A DNA stretch of 64,000 bases from Octopus sinensis (Eukaryota): the NCBI RefSeq assembly GCF_006345805.1, contig NC_043008.1:68262001-68326000 (forward strand), written 5' to 3'. The translations under genes were made by a program, and so were the position numbers. The notes below the pieces were generated by a model, which was given only the letters and a program-made list of their open reading frames with translations, was not told the DNA's origin and did not search any database. This document shows positions 54,481 to 64,000 of the stretch, piece after piece (the stretch's first letter is position 1; each line of letters starts with the position of its first letter).

Positions 54481-56402
54481 AAAGAAATCTTATGAAATTA
54501 ATAGTATACATGTGAGTGGGTGCGTGAATTGTAAATCAGTTTTAACAAAACGGATAGATAATTTAAGTAAATCAATGAAAGATTAATTAGCTATATTGGG
54601 GCAAGTGAAATTGAAATTGAACCAAATCTGATGATTGGCACCGGTGCCAGTGGAGTGCTAAGAGCTCCATCTGAGCAGGATCACTGCCAGAGCAGCTGCC
54701 TGGCTTCCATGCCGGTGGCACATAAAAAGCACCATTTGAGCATGATTGTTACCAGCATCACCTTACTGGCACTTGTGCCAGTGACATGTGAACGAAACAT
54801 TTGAGCGAGGTCATTGCCAGTGCCGCTGGACTGACTCCTGTGCAGGTGACACATAAAAAACACCATTTCGAGCGTGGCCGTTACCAGTACCACCAGACTG
54901 GCCTTCATGCCAGTGGCATATAAAAGCACCCACTACATTCTCGGAATGATTGGCATTAGGAAGGGCATCCAGCTGTAGAGACTCTGCCAGATCAGACTGG
55001 AGCCTGGTGCAGCCATCTGGTTCACTAGTCCTCAATCAAATCCTTCAACCCATGCTAGTATGGAAAGTGGACGTTAAATGATGATGATATTTCTAATTTT
55101 TGATAAATTGCTCAATTCAGAAGATGGTTAATGATAATAATTTCAAAACTTACGACAGAGCGAAATAGATATTCCAGAGTCATGGCAACATTTGAGCTGA
55201 CTAATTAAGAATTATGGGTCTGTTGATATGTTTTGCTCAGAATTTTTACAGGTCAAAAAGTCAAACCAAGTCAACTATTTAACTTTACATCACTTACAAA
55301 GAATTGTTGACAAAGAACTGATAGAAAGGGAGAGGAGAGTCAAAGCTGTAACATTCATAGTTTAAATGGACAGTGTTTTTGGTTTTACTAACTGGGACCA
55401 AATCTACCATGTTCAATCCCACCCTCTTTTCTATAATGTGAGTTGCCTTGTAGCTCCTCAACAACTCCTCTGTCCTGGCCTATTCATACTGTTATATTCT
55501 TACGCTTCCAATATTGGTTAATATTGTTGATGATAGATAAAGAATACACTGTAACAGTGTTATAACAATACGAAACAGAAACAGTGGCAGTAACAAACAC
55601 ATAATGAACAAACAATCTTTTACAAATCAACAATCAATATTTCCAGCACACTAACTTGAGCTGTAAGCTGTACCTGGACTTTGAAGACCAAACTATGAAG
55701 TGTCAACTACATCAGACCACTACTATTTATATGTAGTGGTCCCATCTATTCTCATCAGAGGGATCATACTCTTACCACAATGCATACTTTAACTTCTCAT
55801 CTCCATGCATAAAACTGCCTTCCTCTCTACTGCAACCCCACCTAATCAAAACGGATCTTAGTCTTGAAAGCTGCATATCAACCTCACTAGCACTGGTGGC
55901 ATGAAAAAAAAGCACCCAGTACATGCTGTAAAGTGGTTGACATCAGGAAGGGCATCCAGTCATAGAAACCACAACAAAGCAGACACTGGATCATGATGTA
56001 GTTCTTGGGGCCTGTCAGATACTTTCAAACTATCTTGCCTATGCCAGCATGGAACATAGACATTGAATGATGATGATGTTGGTGTTAGTGGTGGTGATGG
56101 TGATGTTGATAATGCAAGCTTCCCACTCTTGAAAATTCTACCTAAAAGTAGCTTTGATCAAGCCAAGCAGGTTTCTTCAACATGCAGTGCAGCAAATTCT
56201 AATGTTTACCTCAGGGGTTTATTGTTTGACATATCAAATCAAAAAGGAGCTTCTATATGAGTAGATTTCTGAATAAAATTGCATCCACCTCTTTATGAAA
56301 CAATGAGATATGTGGTCTCAATAACATGAGACATTAAACTTCTTAACCATGATACCAGGTTTATGAAATTTTATAGCCAAGACTGTTCTAAATTACTCTA
56401 CA

Positions 56403-56546
56403 AAGGTAGAGTAATATGCTTTTATTAAAGCTGCAAAATAATCACAAACCTGTTACTCAGTTTCACGTTCCCGTTTTAAGGAACAGGGATGTAAAAATCT
56501 GAGTAACGTTTTTGTGATAATTTTGCAGCTTTAATAAAAGCATATA
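56403..56546. mobile_element. Fold-back insert of the same family as 48185-48365
   Basis: TATGCTTTTATTAAAGCTGCAAAA mirrored at 56520-56543; minus strand ACG-GGAA-CGU-GAAAC-UGA-GUA-ACAG. Confidence 0.75.
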
Positions 56547-56680
56547 CATGTGTGTGTATGTAAATATATGTGTGTATGTATATATATATTGTATAGATAT
56601 AAGTATGTGTGTGTGTGTACATATGTATATATATATGTGTATGTGTGTGCATATACATATGTGTGTGTATATATATATTT

Positions 56681-57081
56681 ACTCTTTTACTTGTTTCAGT
56701 CATTTGACTGTGGCCATGCTGGAGCACCGCCTTTAGTCGAGCAACTCGACCCCGGGACTTATTCTTTTGTAAGCCCAGTACTTATTCTATCGGTCTCTTT
56801 TTGCCAAACTGCTAAGTGACAGGGACATAAACACACCAGCATCGGTTGTCAAGCAATGCTAGGGGACAAACACAGACACACAAACACACACACGCATATA
56901 TATATATATACATATATACGACGGGCTTCTTTCAGTTTCCATCTACCAAATCCACTCACAAGGCTTTGGTCGGCCCGAGGCTATAGTAGAAGACACTTAC
57001 CCAAGGTGCCACGCAGTGGGACTGAACCCGGAACCATGTGGTTGGTAGACAAGCTACTTACCACACAGCCACTCCTGCGCC
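56681..57081 (-). mobile_element. Intact young SINE family A
   Basis: Complete head-to-tail copy with CpGs retained. Confidence 0.9.
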
Positions 57082-57180
57082 TATATATATATATATATAT
57101 CATCATCATCATCATCGTTTAATGTCTACCTTCCATGCTAGCTATGTTTATATATACGTATGTGTATATGTATATATATA

Positions 57181-57234
<54 letters not shown>

Positions 57235-57245
57235 TATATATATAT

Positions 57246-59990
57246 CAGTTGAATAAAGTTAAAGCATGGTCTGGTTTTCATGTTTTTCATTATTGTATTT
57301 TTAAAAAATTCTTTACAATGTTGAAGTGTGTTAAACATTAAGAAAATATTTTGATATTCATATAGTGCAATTAGTGCTTTCATGCATTCATACTAATCAG
57401 ATTTCAAAATGTATTTAACTGAGAGTTGAGTTCTTGACAACTGTATGAGGGGCATTCAATAAATAAGTGGCAAATTACAGCTCTGAACTAATTATGGTTT
57501 CTGATTTACAGGTGTTTGAACTGAGTCAAGTGTGAAATGGAGCCTGTTGAGTGTCAAGCAGTGATCCGGTTTTTGTATTTGAAAGGACGCACACCACGGG
57601 AGACTTTTGATGAAATGAAAGTAACTTATGGTGATGATGCCCCATCATATGACCTTGTAAAACGCTGGCATCGTGAATTCAAACATGGTCGGAACTCTGT
57701 GGAAACAGCTCCCAGATCTGGTCGCCCCCTTCTGCCATTGATGGGGCATCTATCCGTCAAGTTGAGGCTGCCATTTTGGAAGATTGATGCATAACTATTC
57801 GCCAAATAGCCCATGAGGTCAAGATTAGTACCGGGTCTGTGGAAACTATCATTCATGACCATTTGCATATGCAAAAGGTGTCTGACAGATGGATTCCCAG
57901 GTTGCTCACACCTTTCCAGAAGCAAAAATGCGTCGAGTGCTCAAGGATGAATTTGGAGATGTGCCAAGAAGATGAGTCAAAATTTTTCAAAAGACTGATT
58001 ACACAGGAGAAAACCTGGGTCCATCACTATGATCCAGAGATCAAAGCCCAGTCAATGCAGTGGAAGCACCGTGACTCACCTCCTCCAAAGAAGGCAAGGG
58101 TGCTGCCCTCCGTTGGCAAGGTCATGCTCACAGTCTTCTGGAACCAGGACAGAGTAATGATGACAGATTTCCTGGCAAAGGGTACCACAATTACAGGAGC
58201 CTATTATGCTTCACTTTTGAGGAAATTAAGAGAAGCTATCAAAATCAAGAGGCGGGGCAAGATCAGCAAAGGCATCCTCCTCCTGCAGGACAACGCTCCG
58301 GTCCACAACTCGCGTGTTGCCGGATCATCAGCACAGGCGTGCACCTATGAACTCCTCCCCCATCTCCCCAACTCTCCTGACCTTGCACCCTCTGATTTTC
58401 ACCTCTTCCCAGCCATGAAGTTGTTTTTGAAAGGAAAGTGTTTCTCAGATGATGCAGCCTTGATTTCTGAAGTCAAGTCGTGGTTGGAGAATCAAGCTGG
58501 AGTCTTCTACAAAAACGGTCTCCAGAGCTGCATTAAATGATGGGAGAAATGCATAACTCTGGGTGGTTACTACGTAGAAAAAGACTAATAACTGTGTCAA
58601 GTTTCGTTGCTCTACTGCTATGGGAAGTGGGTCAGGGGCATTACTTATTGAACGCCCCTCGTAGCAACATACCTTTCATACCTTTTAGAAGACTCCAACA
58701 AGCTGAGTTTTTTTAATACGATTTTGACCAATCCACATGCAGCTTAAACCTCATGGATTACCGGGCGCACTAATATTAATGGCATAGATCCTGCCTTTAT
58801 TTTAACCAATTAGCTTATGGTTTACATGTAATGGATTTATGAGGGAGCAAATTTTTTGGTTTCGATTGTTTTTATTTCAGTTGGTGGGAGCTTTCTGTAA
58901 TTTGTTTATATTCTTATGCTAAAGATATTTTTTAATCCACATCATTAACTGGCAGTTATATTATTGTTGTTATTTCCGTTCAGAACAGGTTTAAACATTT
59001 TAATAAAACGTTTTTCTTTTATCCTTCTTCCAGCCTCAATTGTGACATGTAGTTTGAAGAAAGGAAAAGTTAGAAAGATTTTCTGACCACATGTTTCTAT
59101 GTTTATTCAATGGAATTTGGCAAACGTTAGTGTTCCGGTTTTGTTGTCTGTGGACTCGTGAGCCTTCCAATAATGCATTCCCTGTCTCACCAACATATAG
59201 TTCCTCACAATAGATCAAATTTCTGCTTTTGCAGTTTGTATTTACATTTGCGAAAATCTGTCCATGTTTTGTTCTAATGGATCTACCTGTATGCATGTAT
59301 TGACACGTTCCACATCTGTTATCATTACATTTGGTTACTGTGAATGTTTTATCCTGTTTGTTCATGTTGGATTTTGCCTTTGTTAATAGTTTCTTTAGGT
59401 TATGTGGTTGCCTTTTGCTTAAGATAAGTGTTTGATTAGTTATTGTTTCTTTAATTTTTCACTTGGTTTCATGATTGGTAAATTTGTGTTAATGATGTTA
59501 AAAATGATTTGGTGATGTGCATTGTGTGTTGCTAGAAATAGTATTGTGTTCCATTGATGGGTTCATCTTTCTCATGTTGCCTAGAGTTGTTCTACAGGTA
59601 TCTCTTTTGCTCATTGTATGCTATTTTCTATAAGCAGGAGAGGGTATTTTTGCTTGAACAGAAATCCTTTGCGTTCTATAAATCATATGTTCATGGTACA
59701 TAACGGAAATAACAACAATAATATATTCAAAAAAATTCAGCTTGTTGGAAGCTTCTAAAAGGTATAAAAAGGAAAAAGTCAGCCATTTTACAACAGCTGT
59801 CAAGAACTCAACTGTCAGTTAAATACATTTTAAAATCTGATGATTACTATGAATGTATGAAAGCAATAACTGAACTTTATGGACATTACAAAATATTTTC
59901 TTAATGATTAACGCACTTCAACGTGGTAAAAATATTTTTTTTAGATACAATAAAAAAAAAAGTGAAAACCAGACTATGTATTCAACTGAT
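57246..59990 (-). mobile_element. Penelope-like remnant with an inverted terminal copy at its 5' side, interrupted by mariner
   Basis: CNDNRCGTC linker and NLIYC..YVGETG GIY-YIG at 59036-59365; 57246-57445 plus 58664-58720 is the reverse complement of 59720-59988; CUGAUGA..GAAA at 59837-59862; (TA)n both sides. Confidence 0.82.
57446..58661 (+). mobile_element. Full-length mariner (DD34D) with inactivated transposase 57537-58587
   Basis: TA TSD; TIRs TGAGGGGCATTCAATAAATAA / TTACTTATTGAACGCCCCTCG; WIPRLL, QDNAPVH, SPDLAPSD with 34 residues between the last two Asp; frameshift near 57730 and premature stop at 58538. Confidence 0.97.
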
Positions 59991-60087
59991 TATATATATA
60001 TATATATATATGTATGTATATATATTGTCATACATATATATATGTGTGTATACATATATATATATATATATATTTATTATATAGAAG

Positions 60088-60140
60088 GAGCTTCTACAGG
60101 ACTAGAACTGTTTCATTCAAGAGAAATCTTCAGGAAGCTC
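60088..60140 (-). ncRNA. Near-intact type I hammerhead ribozyme within fold-back insert 60073-60258
   Basis: GAGCUUC-CUGAAGA-U-UUC-UCUU-GAA-U-GAA-ACAG-UUCUAGUC-CUGU-A-GAAGCUC: 7-bp stem I, 4-bp stem III, GUA site. Confidence 0.85.
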
Positions 60141-60256
60141 AGTGAATGAAACAGTTCTAGTCCTGTAGAAGCTCCTTCTATATAATAAATTAATTTTACT
60201 CTGCTATGTATTGAGTACCTTATTTACTGTGGTTAACCCCGAATCAACCCGGGACC

Positions 60257-60313
<57 letters not shown>

Positions 60314-60390
60314 ACACATATATATATGCATATACATATATATATGTGTGTGTATATGTGTGTATATATATATACATATATATATATATA

Positions 60391-61646
60391 TAGGGGTTGG
60401 ACAAAATAATGAAATCACCTTAAAATTTCAAACAAACTTATTTTAATATGGGGTAGGACTTCCTTTGGCAGTAATTACAGTGAATTCTACAAGGTATGGA
60501 CTCGTACAAAGTTTGAATTGTTTCCAAAGTAATTTTTGTCCATTCTTCAGCTAAAACATTCTCCAGTTCTTGTAGTGATGATGGTGGAGGATATTGATTC
60601 CTTACTTGTTTTTCTAAAATGCACCATAAATGTTCAATAATATTGAGATTTGGGAACTGTGGTGGCCAGATGAGATGTTGAGCTTCATAAGAATGTTCCT
60701 CATGCCATTCAGTAACAACTTTAGCTGTGTGAATTGGTGCATTATCATCCTGAAAGATTACGTTTCCCTCCGGAAACAGTTCTGCAACCTTAGGATGAAT
60801 TTGATCAGATAAAATGCTTAAATAGTCATGACTATTAATTCTGCCATGAAGGCAAACCATTGGGCCAGCAAATTTCCCAGATCGTCACAGATCTTCTTCC
60901 ATGTTTAACAGTTGGAAGAAGGCAGTCTGGGTCAAATGCTTCTTTTGGATGTCTCCACAGATATACTTGACCGGTGGTCAGAAAAAAGGTAACAGATGAC
61001 TCATCTGAGAAAATAACATTCTTCCACTGCTCTGGGGACCAATTCTGTAGGATTTTACTCCACCCTAAATGCTTTGCAACATTTGTTCTTCAAAGTAGTA
61101 GTTTTCTGATTGCAGCCCCCCAGGAAATCCGGCTTTGTGCAGCTCCCGTCAAACAGTTTTTGTGGAAACTGGGTTCTCAAGGTGGTCATTAAACTCTGCA
61201 GTAATTTTGGGAGCTGTACTTTTGTGATCCTTTCTAACAATTCGCGCAAGAGTCTGACAGTCCCTATCTGAAAGTTTTGGTTTTATTCCAGAGTTTTGTT
61301 TCAACGAGGAGGTTTTTTCCTCTTTCTCAAATGCTGTCATTACTTTCGAGACAGTACTTCTTGATACACCAAACATTTCGTCTATTTTCATTACGCTAGC
61401 ACCTGCCATACAAGCACCAACAATTTGATCTCTTTGAAAGTCTGATAGATCTGTCATTTTAATGAATTTTAATTACGTTTTTCTGATGATATTTGAAAAG
61501 AAACAGCAATTATAGCAAAACATATTAAGCAACACTAATAATAAATCAAAAAACATAAAAATAAACAAGCTTTTGACAGTTTTATATATATTTCAAAATT
61601 ATGATGCTATGATGTTAGGTGTTTCCATTATTATGTCCAGCCCCTG
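60391..61646 (-). mobile_element. Full-length Tc1 element with frameshifted transposase (61457-60438)
   Basis: TIRs AGGGGTTGGACAAAATAATG / CATTATTATGTCCAGCCCCTG in TA tracts; MTDLSDFQRDQIVG, VIFSDES, FQDDNAPIH, WPPQFPNLNIIEHLW. Confidence 0.95.
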
Positions 61647-61899
61647 TATATATATATATATATATATAATATATATATATATATGTGTGTGTATGCATAT
61701 TTATGGAGATGTACTTGCATAGCAAGTGGTTTGATCTGAGATCGTGTGCTGAAACGAAAACAATTGCAGCGTGGAAGGTGTTTGTAAGCCATTTAAGAAA
61801 CACACAAAAGCCTTCGATTCACTTCGACATTTAAGTTTAATTTGTCAAAATATTTTTGTTGCTTTAAGACTGCGACCTGTTCACTGCAGCATGGATTTA

Positions 61900-61946
61900 T
61901 GTCAGTGAACAGGTCACGGTCTTAAAGCGACGAAAATATTTTGACA
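61900..61946 (+). ncRNA. Hammerhead-like motif with G3-C8 core in fold-back insert 61700-62028
   Basis: UGUCA-GUGAACA-G-GUCAC-loop-GCGAC-GAAA-AUAUUU-UGACA; the mirror arm 61762-61886 has GUCGC. Confidence 0.7.
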
Positions 61947-62619
61947 AATTAAACTTAAATGTTGAAGTGAATCGAACGGCTTTTGTGTGTTTCTTAAATG
62001 GCTTACAAACACCTTCCACGCTGCAATTATATATATATATATATATATTGTTAACACTGTGGTAACGAAAAGACATAAAAGTGCTTAATACTACTTCATA
62101 CTGGAAATGCATAAAGTCTTATGTATGTTAATTTATGTGAGAGAATCCCTGTTCACTTCAAATAGTTAGCATAATAAAGAAGAGAAATTTGGATGTTAAG
62201 TGAACTATTCAGCAAAAGTATTGAAGTGAGGAAGTACATTAGTGAAATAAGTGTGTTTGTGGCTGTGTGTGGGGAGAATTACTATTTGATAGGAGAGTAA
62301 AAAGCAAACAGGAAACAGCATCAGTTGTAAAGAAAAATATGCAAAAAATAAAAAAATTTACAGGTATGATAAATAGTGTAAAGTAGAATGTATCAATAAT
62401 CATGAACTTAGTCAATATAAGAATACATCATAAGGATAGATCAGTGTTATTAGGTTAGAGACATGTTATAGACACACTTGATTAGTAAGACTGAGAGGAA
62501 TGAGGGGAGGGGAGAGAAGAACTTGAAGATGAGTGAGTGAGGAAAGAAGGGACAGGGAAACAAAATGCAATAAGAATGAGAAGATTAAAAAGAGATGTAG
62601 AAAGAAAATAATTGTTTCA

Positions 62620-63585
62620 AAATATGGCACAAGGTCAGACATTTTAAAGCGAAGAGGTTAGTCAATTGCATTGGTTCCAGTACTTGACAGGTACTTTTTT
62701 TTAATTAACTCTTCTCAAGACACTGAGCTTTACAGAGGTGATGACAAAGGACCAAGATATCTGGTGCCTTGCTCTACTCAAGAAGTCCCCTCCACCACAG
62801 CAGAATCAATACTGGTGCTGGTACCACATTAAAAAAAAATTAAAAAAACACTGGTGCTGGTGTTATGTTGAAAGCACTGGTGCGGGTACCACATAAAAAG
62901 CACCCAGTACACTCTGTGGAGTGGCTGGCATTAGGAAGGAACTCCAGTCAAAGAAAGACAATGGAACCTGGTGCAACCCCTGGCCTTACCAGCTCTGGTC
63001 AAACTGTCCAATCAATGCCAGTATGGAAAACACATTCAATGATGATGATAATGAAAGAATGGAAAGTAATGTTGGCCTTTGTAGGATTTGAACTCAAAAG
63101 GTAAAGAGCTGGAACAAACACCACGGAGCATTTTGTCCAACACACAAATGATTCTCATTTCTTTATTGCCCATAGAGGGGACAAAAAAGGACAGACAAAG
63201 GTATTAAGTCGATTACACCGACCCCAGTGCATAACTGGTACTTAGTTTATCAACCCCGAAAGGATGAAAAGCAAAGTCAACCTCGGTGGAATTTGAACTC
63301 AGAACGTAATGGCAGACGAAATACCACTAAGCAATTCGCCTGACATGCTAACGTTTCTGCCAGCTTGCCGCCTTCACAAATGATTCTGCCAGCTACCGGC
63401 TCTAATAAGGCCAGCAATTTTAGGGGAAAGGGTTAGTCCGTTACACTGATCCCCTTTGCTCAATTAGTACTTATTTTATTGACCTACAAAAGGATGAAAG
63501 GCAGTATTTGAACTCAGAGCATAAAGAACCGAAAGAAATGCTGCTTAGCATTTTGCCTGACTCTCTCACAATTCTGCCAGTTTGC
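62620..63585 (-). mobile_element. Cluster of SINE family B copies around an RTE tail
   Basis: Diagnostic motifs near 62625, 63070, 63260 and 63490. Confidence 0.8.
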
Positions 63586-64000
63586 TACTTAGGTAGAGAA
63601 ATAACAATAATAACAACCTCAACAACAATGATGACGACTATGTCAATAATGGTGGTTATGATAGTGATGTGGTTAGAAGTGGTAATGTTTGATCTGAGGT
63701 TACTGGGCCACAAAAGGATGATTAAAAACTGACAAGTGGACGGATACTGTTTTAAAACAATTCCATGTATCTTGTACCAGCACTGCAAGGTAGGCATAAA
63801 CATTATGCTGATGAGGTTGATTATCTCCCTCCCTCCCTCCCTCTCTCACCCCCACCCCACACACATAATGGAGTGCTCTCTTTTGTTTTGAAAGCTACAA
63901 GGCAACCCTGCCAATGCTGGTGCTTGAAAAAAAGTCCCAATACTCTTTATAAGTGGTTTGTAATTGATTTAAACCATGACAACCCAGGACTTGTGGGACT

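Noticed and set aside
57537-58540. SETMAR-like domesticated gene
   Set aside because: Bounded by TIRs and a TA TSD, with a frameshift and altered first catalytic motif; no SET domain.

Overview
AT-rich, microsatellite-dense animal non-coding DNA; the repeat landscape looks like a coleoid cephalopod (Octopus-like, inferred and not proven). No intact host protein-coding gene, tRNA, rRNA or CRISPR array can be supported, and most listed ORFs are microsatellite translations. The window is a mosaic of transposons: four tRNA-derived SINE families, RTE and CR1-like LINEs, two Penelope-like (Neptune-type) retroelement remnants, a nested tandem Helitron array, mariner, Tc1, hAT and DD37D-like transposase relics, and MITEs. 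The main signal lies outside the ORF track: about a dozen short (TA)n-anchored inserts from several unrelated sequence families each carry a type I hammerhead-ribozyme motif. These include a near-intact one at 60088-60140 and compensatory core variants (U3-A8, G3-C8). Most form fold-back inverted repeats whose apex lies at or near the ribozyme core. Hammerheads in Penelope-like elements are established; their diversity, core variants and fold-back geometry here deserve follow-up. All alignments and folds were done by eye and repeat boundaries are approximate.
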